Source of the DNA: Kudoa neothunni
Taxonomy: Eukaryota; Animalia; Cnidaria
Reading direction: 5' to 3'
DNA length: 64,000 nucleotides
Assembly (NCBI GenBank): GCA_964304625.1
Contig: OZ199839.1
Location: forward strand, 3,133,223 to 3,197,222
The translations under genes and the position numbers were made by a program. Positions within the stretch are counted from its first letter, which is position 1. Every line of letters starts with the position of its first letter. Positions 1-13,362 of this stretch are shown here, piece after piece. The notes beneath the pieces are model-generated. The model did not search any database. It had not been told where the DNA came from and saw only the letters and a program-made list of their open reading frames with translations.

Positions 1-649
1 ATTGACGTTAGGTTTTTGGCTAATCTTTAACAGTTTTAAGCGAACAAGATACTCGAAAATGATTTATATATTTATGGGATTATTTTAACGAACTACCAAC
101 GTTGATACAATTAAAATGACAAGTTTGTCACCGGCGTTACATCGTTTCACGCCATGCATACATACACACGCAACAACGTGAACGAACAACACGCTCTACT
201 AACCTCTTAGCCTTAGCACGTGGTTTTCGGTTTATATTTTGTATATTTATTTGATAAACAAGTATTATTTATTCAACAATAATTAATCCGCGACAATTGG
301 CATTACATTGTGCTTCGTAGCCGTTGAAATTGTTAGTGGCTGTTGCAACGCATGGGAATATCCCCTAAAATAACGATTGTACCAAAATGTTAATTCCATA
401 AATTCATATAACAATAAATGAACTATTATTCAATAAATTAGTCGACTTGTTGCCCCTAAATTTAACTAGTATGCGGCCATTGTTTAAAATTTTCCTTCTA
501 CAAATTAGGATCATATTTAAAATACACCCCAAATCCGTATAATGGAGTGAATCATATGTCAGATTTGCGCGATAACAATTATTCTGCCACAACATATATA
601 TATATATATATTGATTTAAAAAAAATATATAATTAAATTTGATGTAATA

Positions 650-985
650 ATCGGGGTTTAATTCATCTAAAACCCCAGTCCACAAATCTTCTTCGTGTGT
701 GTCATCCTCCATTGAAATTCACAAAGAAATTCGTTGATTCCACCTTCATCAATTCCATCAGGTTCATCAAAGTAATCTACCAATGAGGTCAGATTTCTTG
801 GCGATATTTTATATTTAACGACTTTCCATGTCCTCTCAATTGTATTTGTATGTGCTCATGTAATTGAGTCCACATATTCTATCCTTTTATTAAACTGTAA
901 ATGCTGTTCAAATTCATGGAATTGATCATAAGTGGAAGAACAATTTATGGATATCGTACGTCGTTCTATCATGTGAGTTTTATTA
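650..985 (-). mobile_element. Merlin/ISXO2 (IS1016-like) transposase remnant
   Basis: Manual minus-strand translation gives HLQFNKRIEYVDSIT*AHTNTIERTWK...EFLCEFQWR...EEDLW. This matches the Merlin C-terminal motifs H.TVNHS..FVDP.TGAHTN.IE..W and L.EF.WR. One stop and one frameshift. Confidence 0.75.
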
Positions 986-1236
986 ATGAAAAAAACGACG
1001 TGTTATTCCACCACCATATACAGACGGATTATAGTCAGTCGATTATAATCTACATTAGGCAGTATCGGATTTGGGAGGCGTATGTTAAACCTCAGCCTAC
1101 TATTTAATTTACTTTAATATAGATATTTCCTACCAACGAATGTATACAGGGATAAATTTTTATCTAATCATAATGCTAAATGTAGTCACAATGCACAAGT
1201 ACAGTCGAACCCCGTTTGTCCGAATGATTCTTTAAA

Positions 1237-1641
1237 GTCGTGGGACAGATAGCACATCGGTGTGACACTCGGACTCAGAACCTTGAGGTAATAGTAGTAG
1301 GTTCGAATCCGCCGGTGGTCAGACTACTGCTTCCGTGTCGGCGGGTCTCTATCACATATTTAAGGACTGTGGTTAACATGTTCGCTCGCTGTGAGGTGGG
1401 ATGCATTGGCAGCCAGATTTGCGTGAATAGGAGTTTGAATCTCCGGAACCTATCGAAAAGGCAAAGTGATTTGCAGTTCCCACAGAACCAGCGTCCTTAA
1501 AGGGATAGGGTATAGGGTTTGGGGTGGTGGTCGTCCTAAGACGAGGATGTTTAGTGGGTTAAAGTCCCACACTACCGCATAAAGATAAGCGACGGGGTTT
1601 CATGTTACGTCCCTGTGGTGGCCTTAAGCGTTAGTAAAAAA
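1237..1641 (+). mobile_element. tRNA-derived SINE with A-tail and 14-bp TSD
   Basis: A box TAGCACATCGG (1250-1260), B box GGTTCGAATCC (1300-1310), GC-rich body and short A tail. TSD aatgattctttaaa (1223-1236) / aatgattttttaaa (1642-1655). Inserted just inside a pogo-like end (TA-CAGTCGAACCCCG, 1200-1214). Confidence 0.85.
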
Positions 1642-2099
1642 AATGATTTTTTAAAATTTATTTGAAAATTGTGGATATTCTAAATAAAATAATTTCGTTT
1701 AAACCGAAATCCGAATCAACTTTTAGCTGGAATTTTCGGGAAAAATGCCTTGGAGTCCGGATTAGTGCCTAGTTAAAATGGCGCCTATGTTTATTTTTTT
1801 GATACATATGTTTGTTATTTATTCAATTTAAGTTTATGCTTAATTAATAGAAATAACGTAGTGTAGATAATACATTATTATTGTATGTTCAAAATGCAAC
1901 CATGTTCATGATGAACGAATAAATGTTGGGTAAAGACAAACTCTTTTGTATAATTTCATGAGTAATAAAATATAAAAAGGGAATTTTTGGATTGTTTAAT
2001 CACAAACTTGCAGTGACTTCATAAGACCAATTTATCCATGGAATTGACTCAATTCAACAATGTTCACACAACACCTCCACTTTATGCAAGGTTTAAGAT

Positions 2100-3350
2100 A
2101 GGTGGAAGTTTTCCGAAAACCAAAATGTGATAACCGAAACAGATTTTAAAAATTTTTATTTTTTTAAAATATTTGTCATATTCTTAACAAACAAAACTTT
2201 TTAATACACTAAATGAGCATAAAATTTTGGGGGGAATCGCACGTGTTTTCACGGTGATAATGTTGGTCAAAAAATGATGATTGCTATTTGGAATTTTTTT
2301 TAAGTTAAGTTTACAAATGAAAAGGCCAAATACAAACAGCGCAATGCTGTACTTGTTTGCCAAAAAGACTCAACGAGCATTCTTCATTCACATGCAAGAC
2401 CCATGGGATTGATTCAAAATCAAAATTGTTCGCAATCATTAATATTTTTAAATAAAAAATTAGAATCATTCGAACGAAACCCATAATTGACAATTTTTCC
2501 AACAAAAGTATCTGAGAGTCCAATCTTGAGTCTGATTGCTGTTGACAATATTCCAATTTGGAAAATTGCCAGCAGTATAACTTTAATTAAATTGCTCAAC
2601 AAGGCACACGGAAAAGAAATTCCAGTGTCCTATGCAGCAATTTTTAATTCATTGATCATTGTGGAAAACTCAAGACCTGCACTCTGCTGGGACGAGTGGA
2701 CTTCAAGGTCAAGTAAACGTTTCCTTAATATCTAAGCCTATTTCGAGGACAAAAAAATCTCTCTTGGTGTAACAAGAGTAACAGGAAGATGCACAGGTGT
2801 AGAATTGATTTCATTAACAAAAAACAGCTGTTCAAATTTGGAGTCAATTCATTATTTATGTGCACTGATGGAACTTTGAACACGGCAAAATGTACGTATG
2901 AGTTGGGGTTTCAGCAGATAAAGTGCATGCTTCCCGCCATAAATTTGGGGAGTCGTGTTGTCAAGTGACAATCCTAGAATAACTTAATTTATAGCTGTTA
3001 AAGACATCATGCACAAAAAAAATCTATAATTTTCAGATAGAAAATACAGGAATGATAACGGAAGAGTTGGAATCTGATGAATTAGAATTTGAAGAGCGGG
3101 AATTTATTCTTATGCCCAATTTTTGTGATGTTGTTTCATGGGTCAGATCAATTATCAATTTTTTTCAAGATCTGAATTTGTTCTGAATACCCCCATTCTA
3201 TATGTTTTCTGACTCAAAATTAATAAAACTTTCAATTGTTCAAATAAATAATAAATTATAAAAGTAATTAAAGGCTATACGATGCCGGGGTAGGGTTACA
3301 GAATATTGTTTACCGTTTAAATAACGATAACAAGTTCACTGTTTTACATA
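2100..3350 (+). mobile_element. hAT (Ac/Hermes-like) transposase remnant with BED zinc finger
   Basis: Degenerate BED finger (AIWNFF..NEKAK[Y]KQ[R]NAVL..STSILHSH). ORF 2487-2735 contains LIAVDNIPI and DEWTSRSSKRFLNI. Downstream are CTDGTLN and C..AINL motifs. Confidence 0.75.
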
Positions 3351-3712
3351 TTTATTTCGCAGCTGCATCATATAAAAATTTTAAAAAATATATTTTTTAT
3401 TTTTACATTCTAAAAATAAATATGGCTATATATATATATATATTGATAATTTGTTGTTCATAATTAATTTTTAGCTTAAAATGAATATTTTAACTATTTA
3501 AATGCCAATATTTTTTAAATATATATTTCTTTCCCTTATTGATTTTATGAATTGATAACATCATTTTTCATCTAGACTAGCGTTTCATCACTAAAATCAG
3601 ACTCATTTCTTTGAATAATGAGTTTACATTTAATTTTCAAAGCCAAACCACAATAACCACGAAAAAGAATAAATTTATCAAATAAACAAATTGTTCAATC
3701 AAAATATAATTT

Positions 3713-3768
3713 TGTGAGAATACATTTATCACTCTATTGATGTGAGAATACATTTATCACTCTATTGA
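3713..3768. repeat. Perfect 28-bp tandem duplication upstream of ELP2
   Basis: tgtgagaatacatttatcactctattga occurs twice (3713-3740, 3741-3768). Confidence 0.95.
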
Positions 3769-3855
3769 TTTTAATGTAGAACAACTCAACATATCCATGT
3801 TGTATTCGCGCAGGCTCATTTCGCATATCTCATTATAGGCCCTTTGCTGTTGCCA

Positions 3856-6800
3856 ATGGATGTTAAACTCGATTTTGTTTCAAGTGGAATAAATCCACGA
3901 CCTAATTGTTTAGCTGTTTCCGAAAATAACAACGTGATAATTTATGCAGCTGCCAATGTGATTATTGTCGGTTATATCGATGTAATGGATTTGTTATTTG
4001 ACAATTGATTTTCTGATATTTTGTCTCCACAGAAAAAAATACCATCTTATAAACATCTTTTATCATTATGTTGTCACGAGAAGGATATTGGATGTTTGAA
4101 ATTGATCGAAATAGACTTCAATAGTTAGGCTATTCTATTCTATTCTATCTTTATTATTATTATGGTTTATTCAGACTTGATCGTTGTGTCAGGTGATTAT
4201 TGATGGAAATGTAGCTGTGACACATGTTCTTCTTCATACTAATGATGACGAACAAGTATAGGACCTCATTGGGACACTCTCGTTGATTTAAAATGTAATA
4301 AAATGAAATAGGCGTATCATGCGTCGATTGTTGATGAGCTCGCCGGATTGAGACCATATGAAATGCCTATAAATTGGATCGCAACCTTTAAGCTCACGTT
4401 GTCTGATGTTAATGATATGGAGTATTTGGTTGCTGTTGGTTCGTGTGAATCCTACATTCAAATATATAAACTTACAGCGAGAAAAGGCATTGAAATGCGG
4501 ATTTTTATTTTTTATTAATCATCCGTTCCTATGTAGATAATAATCCAGCCACAATGCAACCATACTCTAGAGTTCAATTCAAAAATCAAATACCTTTGGC
4601 TGGAGAGTTTCTTGGTGTTGCCAATAGCAAACAATCCTCTGATTATAGTGGGGAATGACAGGGGGCGAAATGTTGATGTGTAACGTTGCGGCTGCCAGTT
4701 CTAATGGAAGTTCCACTCACGAACAAGTACTTGTTTTTAATTTTATTCCAAAAGTTGTCTTTTTATCTAAAAATTACTGATTTTTAAGTGATTTTTAGCG
4801 TTAATAAGATTTTATAGTTTATTATGTATTATATTGACACAATATTATTAAAATTACAAATTATTGAGTGATTATTTAATTAATTATATTCAAATTATTG
4901 CAACTCTCCAAGTTATTTCAGTTTTTCTTATCTTTTGTTATTTATGCGCCAACAATTAAATTTTTTTTGATGGAACGAATTAAAAGAATAATTTTTAACA
5001 ATTAAGCTATTTTAATATATTCTAATGGCATATCCGATGAGTTTATTAATCTCAATAAATCTAATCCCTTATATGCAGTTTTCATCATATTTAATTTATT
5101 ACAATATTTCCACATCAACTTGCAAATAGGGCGGGTAAACTTAATTTAGCGCATGCGCCAAACACAGAAGCACAAATTTATCAAAAAATCAGATATTTAG
5201 CGCAACTAAAACCACTTTAACTCAGGGTTTCTATGTGATTCGGTATTTCGGTCGCTATTTAAAGATTTATTAATACAGAAACCAATGGTTTAATTATTTG
5301 TTTGTGTCTATTCTTTATTGAATATAAATTCAACAATTTGCCTAAGGAACAATAATAATTTTCTGTTCATTATAAAACTTTTAGATTTAGATTAGATTAG
5401 ATTTAGATTTAGATAATAAGGTCTAATAGATTCTGTAGCTGTAGCTGTAGCTGTAGCATTTGCAAGATCGCGATCACATAATATAACATGATAAAATTAT
5501 ATAGTTTCTTCTTTCGTATTCTTTATGTCAAAAAATGATATTTTATGATGAATCATTAAAAAAATTGAAATTTTTTATCTCAGCTAGTTTACCAGATATT
5601 TTACTCTGCTGCGTGCGTCGATTGCAAGTTGACGTTGAAATACTGTATTACCCCGGAGAGCAATGATTATCCAGCATTAACTAAATCTAGCTGATTATAA
5701 AAAATTAAATTGAATACAGATTTCAAATAAACGTTTTCTTATCGAAAAAAATCTTCCGCGCTTGCGTACGACAAACCGAGCTCAAAATTTATTGTGCAAA
5801 TAATCCTCGTCACTGTTAGAGGTGATTAATCATAATATGTACGCGCCTGCGTGTGTGTTAAATCGGACTAAAAAATTCCTATTTATAATTGGTATATGCC
5901 GTTATTTTATAGAATTTGTTGTGTCTAGTTATCCCCACATCATTCGGCGAAATTCTTTTTGGGAAATAACCAAATATAGTCATAACTTGAACCAGCGGAT
6001 TATTTAATGTCGTAATACAGTAGGCAATCGATTTTTGGTAATTTCAGACTTTCTCCCCTTAAAATATTATTTTAATATTTTAAACCATATATTTATTTTA
6101 TTTTATGTTGTTATGTTATTTTTAGGTTTTAATAATAATTTTAAAAACTGAACATTTAAAAGTAGGGGGTTTTCACTTTATTAGCGCCTAACTGATTTTT
6201 TCGTAACTTTTCAGCTATAGGCGGATTTAATGGTGTGCCTTTTTCACATTTATAATGTCTGGACAATTTAAAAATGGGAAAATAATAAAACTAAAATATA
6301 AATTTATTGATTTTTTTTTAAGTACACTAAACAGGAGTGCAAAAAATACTACTTTTCGTAAATTTAAACTCCCTTCTATTTCTACTCTAGATATCATCTT
6401 GATTAGGGAGGGTAGATATAGTTTTACCTTATAAACTGGCTTGGATTCATCAGAGAGAACAAATTTTAAACAGTGTTCATATCACGACATCGATACTTCA
6501 GTATATGACATGACTAGGTGAAATACTTGAGGTAAAAAAATTGAATTATCTGCTCATGATATCGATATTATACATGAAAGAAACCGATTGACAAAAGAAT
6601 TGAACCTAAACATAGTAATGACTCCATGGTTGATTTCTTGGTTTTAAATCACGATGGAATTTAAAAATATCGCTACCATGGTGATGCTTCTTATGTTGAC
6701 TAAATTTTTGTAGAAAATTCGTAATCTAAATTGAATGGACTAAGTCAAAGGTAACAACGATGACTGTATCTATAATATAAGTATAATATAATCTTAACAA

Positions 6801-9800
6801 AACTGCACTATTTTACTAACAACGTAGAGGTCCATTATTTTTAATGCTATGTTTTGTCGAGAGAAAAAAATCTAGAAATATTTATTGTTTTGCGACATGC
6901 ACTATGCCTGGGAGGTTGCATTGAATCTCTTGTGATTGGAAATCACAAAAACCACGTTGTTTTTAAAAATGCTAAATAAAACAGGAAAGAATGGATGACT
7001 TGGAAATATATTTAATAAATATTTTTCTGATTTAGACAATGTATTCAATCTGAAGTACATGAAAGTTTATTACTTCTTAATAAGGCCACTTGTCACGCCG
7101 AAATTCATTTGTCCAATATCTATCTTATATTCCTTACAAAAAATTCAACTAGCGTTTTGCAACTATTAGACCATGGAATCATTTTCTCGTTAAAATAAAA
7201 TTACAAAAATAATTTAATAGAAAGCCATATTGCTGCAGTTAGCAGTGATATAAATACATCCTCCCAAGATTCGCTTAAAACGTTGCTCTTAATTAAAAAA
7301 TCATGGGACTATGTTTCAAAGGATATCGTACTTAATTGTTTCAGAAAATAAGGGTTTCCTGCAGCCAATTAATGCGAATGTTCATCAAATATTAATTATA
7401 ACAATAAAGAATTCTTAGCCGGAAATTCCGAGATTATTCAAGAGGAAGGCATTATGCCTACATCAAAACACATTGACGAGCTTACTCCTTTGATTGTTGA
7501 ATCTGCCAATTTTGAAACTGAAGATGAACGATCGGTAGAATTTATATCATCAAAAGATTCATTTAAATGTTTAAACATGCAGAAAAAATATATGACAGAG
7601 AGGAATTGATTATCTGGATGAAATAATGAGTTAACATCATAAAATTACTACATAAATATTTAAAAATATAATAATTACAAATAACATATTGTTTCAATAA
7701 AAGTAGATGATTGTATAAATGCAATTAATTTCTTTAAAATAGGTTTATTTTTTTATTAGCAGCTCAATATACAACCGGTACTGTATTTTTCTAATAAGGT
7801 CTTTTTTTCTTATGAAGATGGACTAAAATCGCAATAAGGAAAATTAGAGCATTTTACTTTCGCACTTAGAATATATTAATTCTAATTTGGGTTAAAAAAT
7901 ATAGTTTATTTTTGTATCAAAAATTAATTATTTTATGTTAAGTAGCAACACGAATAACGTAAATGCTATTTAAACCGAAAATTATAATATTCATGCTCTG
8001 AAGTTTTCAGAAAAAAATAATTATTTATTATATTATAATAATAATTTTTAATATTACAAAATAATATACATATGACATGTTGAACTACTAAAGAAATTAT
8101 AAATATCTAGGAAAATAAAAAAAAAATTCTTGATTGAATGTAATTCATTGTCAAATCACATTTTTCCACTTTAAACACTATAACTATTTTATTCTTATGA
8201 GTAATCAATTACTCATAAGCTATTTTTAGGTTTTGATTAAGATTAGAAACCACTCCGATTGGTTGAAGGTTGTGCGAGTGGTGAAATCTCCATCATTATT
8301 ACCATTATTACCCACTGAAAATCAAACAATCAATCGTTTTTATGTCGCCACTGCTGGACAAGATGGTCTAATAATTATATATCAATTATGTGATTCTCCT
8401 TTGAAAAATTACACAAATGTGGGAACTTTCAAATGGGACGCTCTTGAAGACGATCGCACTAAACTTTGGTATATCTATAAAGAATCGGTTTTGAGTGGTC
8501 ATGGCGAAAGTCGTATCACCGATATACAGTGGACGATGTACGAATACACAAAAGGACTCAAATCTATTCGAAATGCTGAACCAGAAACTCCTGAGAGTAT
8601 TTCCAGTGTTGGAAATTCTTCCACACAACTCCGTCTAAACTCTCTCCAGTTGATATCCACTGGAGAAGATAGGAATATAATCAAATGGTCACTCGAGAGA
8701 GGATCATACTGATGAAAATAGTTGGTCAGATAAAGTGATTCCTCTTCTAGCCATTCTTATAAACTAATTTACTCGCATGTTTCGTCGAAATATGACTTTG
8801 ATAATTTTTTATACTTTTATAGAAATGTTTATTATCACAAATAACCATTTCCACATTATAAAATTTATAATGTTTGGTGTGTAGGTTCGTTTTGGTATGC
8901 TCAATGTACACAACAACACTGGATTCCTCGGATGCGTACCTTTCAAAAGCAGCATTATCACTTATGGTTTTGATGGGAGCGGTCTATCTTTGGAAATCCA
9001 ACTGTAACCGAAATAACTCGTATAAGTTGTACTATTTCATTTCTGGACACACGAGGTCAATTGAGGTTGGTCTATTGCCGTATTGGTTGGTGTTTTGTTG
9101 ATTGATTGGGGGTAATTTTTTAGGCTGGTTGAATGGCAACCTGAATGTGGAAACTTTTTGGTCACCGCTTCCAAAGATAGCACTTGCCGTGTGTTTGCCA
9201 AACATCACTATCTAAAATACGGTTTATTGTGAGATGGCGCGACCCCAAATACACGGATTTGGAATCAATTGTGCTAGAATGCTATCCACTGGATATATGG
9301 CATCAGCTGCCGAAGAGAAAGTAACAATTTTACATAACAAATCAAATTTTTAATTTAAGCACGACTGTTGGAGTAGATGATTAGAATTTTTATGACCCCT
9401 TTGACTTTCTATAAGACCTATTCCAAGTAATTTGTTCTAAAATATTTTTATTCAATTTGGATATTCTATTATACGGTATTAAATGCGATACATTGTTCGA
9501 ATTATGCTAATAGATATATTGGTGGCAAAAAATTCAAACCTTCTATTCCTTATGAAAACATCCAATAGGAGCGGTTTTTGCGACCACTAGGTCTCTCTAA
9601 TAAAGCTGTTTTTGATGGTGAATGAATTCGACATATTCATTTTATTTCAATTGACTATATTTGTAGATGATCTTATGATGGACAACTCGTCGGTCCAATT
9701 CAATACCAATTCTCTAAAAGAATATGGTCAAATGCCTGTGTTCCAAACTATCGATTTAGCTATAGAAGGTATATTTTAATAAAACGTATTAAATGCTTTT

Positions 9801-12800
9801 AACTCCATGATAATACTAAAAAAATTAAAATAACATGAAGTTGATGCGATTTATTTTTTTAAATTTATTAAAATTTAATATAAATATCTCATAACTAATG
9901 CATATAATTCGAAAAGGGATGGTTTCGTGCAACCCTGCTTATATCGTTTAATTTAAATGCGATTTCGTATATTTTTAGCTGTGAACTAATAATTTTTAAA
10001 ACCATATAAAAAATTGCTAATTTTAAAGTATAATTACTGTAAGATTCTTTAGATATGTGCAGAGCAATAGTCAATTTTGTAAAATTAAAAATTCAATTAT
10101 CATAATTAATACTAATGATTTTCGAAACTTTTTAGGTCCATGAGATCGGGTTTTATCGTGAAAAGTAAAAGATATTTATAGTGTTTTAATGTCAATTTTC
10201 AAATTTGCTACAATTTTTTGAGCGGCAATAAATGCCATATTTAATATATAGATTTATTGTGATTGAGCTGAACTATTTGCCCATTCAATTTTTATGAATT
10301 TTTTAATTATTACTTTTATTTGTTCTTATTTTTATAAAATCTCGCGGCATAAAAAATTGAGTGTACATGCGTAATATATCATTTAGAGTAAATTGAATGC
10401 TACAAATAATCATTCTTACAGTCAATATATTATAAAAAGCTTCGCAAATTATTTATGTCTTAGAAGGATGAATTTTTAAAATTTCTAAGTTTTACTGATG
10501 TTTTTTGTTTTCATCTGTAATAATCGTAATTAATGGTGTATAAGATTTTTAAATGGTTAAATTAAACAAGAATTCAAAAGTTAAAGCTAAACTTTTTATC
10601 ATTTGTAAATGATTTTAATGAAATATTAAGCTCGAAAAAGTATTAACCGACTACAATAATCATAAAATGATTTCAATTCAAATTCTCATTTAAATCGCTT
10701 GTTGAAAATATCATCTTTAACCCTCTATTGTGCTAAAAATCGACTGCACTCCGATGAATTTTGGGGGTAAAAAAATTACTCCATATTTTTATTTCTTCAT
10801 TCTAACCTTTAAAAATATATGATTTCGGAAAATAAAAAATAGTCCAAAATCCCACGGCCAGGCTGGCTAGATTTAGCTGTAAAAACAACTAGCATCTGAC
10901 TAGTAATCCTCATAATCCTACGAAAACTGTACTCGCTAAAATCCACGGCGGCAATTTTTTCTTAAAGTTTAATGATTGAGTAGATTTCACATTTATATCA
11001 TATAATAAATATTTTAATTATTATAAGCGCAATAAAATAGAACATTTAATTGGAATAAGATTTGCAAATATTCAGAATGAATTTTTCAACAGTTTCATAC
11101 ATCTGAAACAAGCAGTAGTGGGTTTTCTTATCAATTCGCCGTAAAAAACATTCAAACCTTAAAAATGTTGTTCATTTATTTGATGTGTTGAGTTATAACA
11201 GAATAGATATGTCGAGCTCTTAGGATTTTAGACCTCGCGGATGTTCTTTCCATTAATGGACAAATATAATAACTTTGCTTTTTTAAACTTTCTCCTAATC
11301 ATATTATCTCCCAAGTTTCTTTTGTATATGGTAAACGAATTTATAAATAATAAATCCATTAAATAGAAAAACACCACCATAGGCCGTCATTATTGATTAT
11401 AGATTGAACCGAATTCTCAAAGTTTTCAATCTCGCCAGATTCTTATGACATAACAATTACAAAGTATTCATAATCATTTTAATTACTATTGGCGAAATCC
11501 ATCTTCATTATCGCTACGATAAAATTAAAACCGGAAGTCACGTGGTTTCTGGTAGAGGTAATAACCGTTATAGCTTCAAATTTATCCACAATATAAACTT
11601 GAAATTTGATCTGTTTAGTAATAATTATTTGATCTATCAAGTGATGTGAAAAAAATTCATTGGAATGTAAACTTGATATCATTTTTCAGATTTTCTATTT
11701 TTAGTCATAATATTTTAAAATAATATATAAATAACTTTTTTGGAAGATTAGAAAAAAAATTTATATCCTATGATGGGCAAAAAAATCACGCATACAACCA
11801 ATAACTTCTTGTTGGGGTAAAAAATTTGCCCCGAATTCATTAGAGGGTTAATAGCATGTAGTGTGAATTTTTTGAAATTATTTGATTAAAAATTTTATCA
11901 TCATAAACGCTACTCATTTTCGACTGCATTATAAGAATATATTGGTTTTTAATTCACTCTTTTTTATTTTAATTTCGTAACTATGAGCACATCACCTTGA
12001 ACGTTGATAAATAAGGATAATAAGAATGTATATATGATTAGGTGTATTTCATAAGATAACCATAACAAAGAATATAAATTGTGCTTATTAGATTAACTTT
12101 AGTAAAAGATTTATTAAACGACGTTTTGACGCATGTAAAATTTGTTAAATTAGATATTTTGACTTGATTCTAGATTTTTGTACCATAAATTAAAAAAATC
12201 AATAAATGTACTGACTTTTATGTCAAGGAACTCTTAAAACTACACTCTCAGTCATTGGTCATTAGTTATCTTTAGGGTTTGTGTTGAAATATAAATATAG
12301 AACCGAATAGATTTTATACACATCAATAACTCTATCGAAATAACCATGATTTTTATTTTTTTGATAAATTTACCACGTAAAAATCAGATTTAATTCTGGT
12401 GCTAGTTTCAAGCATTTATACTATATTTTTTAATATTAGATCGACTTTTGAACGAAGAAAAACTACAGCAATCCACCCTTTGGCCTGAACATGATAAATT
12501 GTATGTGGAGGTTTCTATAATTAATTGTATAATACGGTAAATTGTAGATATGGTCATGGTAACGAAGTTTTGGTTATTGAAGTCAATCACAAATTAAAAT
12601 TGCTTGCAAGTGCGTGTATTGTAAGTTGTTATCAGTTCAACTTGGTATTACACATTAATTTGTGTAGGCAAACAACAAAGATACTGCTGAAATAATCCTT
12701 TGGAATATGGATGATTGGTCGATTCGACAGAAAATCAAACATCACAAATTGACTGTTACTGCACTTCAGTTTTCACCTGATGGATTGAAGTTGCTGTCGG

Positions 12801-13362
12801 TCTCAAGAGATCGTAGCTGGGCTCTATTTCAATACGTCCAAGGTGGTGATGGGAATTTTGAGCTGGTTATGGGATTCAACCCAAACCAACCTTTCTCGCC
12901 CAAAACATTCTCGAATAATTTGGGATTGTGCGTGGTCGTATGATGGTGAATATTTTGCTACAGGTTCTCGCGATAACACCGTTATTGTGTGGAATTTGAC
13001 ACAATCCGGCATTGAAGCTTTTAGTTTAAAATATTCACATCCTGTGACTGCTTTGTCATTCAATAACTATTCTGCAAAACAATCTCCACCTCATTTGTTG
13101 GTTGTTGGTACAGAAATAGGTGAACTGTTTTTGTACAATAAAATGTCTAATTTTGAATGGTCACACGTTTACACCATCCCTAAGATGTAACTTGCTGTTG
13201 TTGTCGTTGATTTTGTTGATTAATTTCAATTCTAGATATAGTCCCGGTAAATGCATAAACGATATATGTTTTAAACCCATTCAAGAAAATGTTGACAGCT
13301 CCAACGCGGTGTTCGCTGTTGCAAGTGACGATCACAGTGTTAGAGTTTATAGTATTATGTAA
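3856..13362 (+). CDS. ELP2: Elongator complex protein 2 (WD40), ~16 exons
   Basis: Approximate exons: 3856-3981, 4033-4123, 4175-4255, 4312-4486, 4537-4726, 8231-~8733, 8886-9065, 9125-9320, 9378-9427, 9513-9618, 9667-9768, 12440-12501, 12548-12620, 12668-13186, 13235-13362. ELP2-diagnostic motifs: EMARPQIHGF, SAAEEK, PLGLSNKAV, STLWPEHDKLYGHGNEV, HKLTVTALQFSPDG.KLLSVSRDRSW, HSRIIWDCAWS, FATGSRD, ASDDHSVRVY. Several +1 indels are present. Confidence 0.93.
5102..5645. mobile_element. pogo/Tigger-type MITE in ELP2 intron
   Basis: Left end TA-caatatttccacatcaacttgcaa and right end ttgcaagttgacgttgaaatactg-TA form a TIR pair (23/26 identical including TA). Confidence 0.8.
5380..5457. repeat. Microsatellites (TTAGA/TTTAGA)n and (GTAGCT)4
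   Basis: Seen directly, inside the MITE. Confidence 0.9.
6400..7785 (+). mobile_element. Degenerate pogo/Tigger transposase in ELP2 intron
   Basis: Fragments KPRCF.KN, K.WMT and FLTKNSTSVLQLLDHGII (consensus FLPPN.TS.LQP.DQGII). Terminal ...tactg-TA near 7783. Boundaries approximate. Confidence 0.7.
10721..11847. mobile_element. Non-autonomous piggyBac element in ELP2 intron
   Basis: TTAA|CCCTCTATTG ... CATTAGAGGG|TTAA. A subterminal ggggtaaaaaa(a)tt motif is repeated near both ends. Confidence 0.85.

Noticed and set aside
270-600. Ig-like exon on the minus strand (GIFPCVATATNNFNG) and ORF 404-712
   Set aside because: ORF 404-712 is the Merlin tail read into AT-rich/(TA)n sequence, and no coherent gene model could be built.
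1242-1321. Functional tRNA-Leu(CAG) gene
   Set aside because: Acceptor and anticodon stems do not pair properly, and it is the head of a TSD-flanked, A-tailed element.
5380-5413. Interstitial telomeric repeat
   Set aside because: Units are TTAGA/TTTAGA with no G-run; this is a microsatellite inside a MITE.
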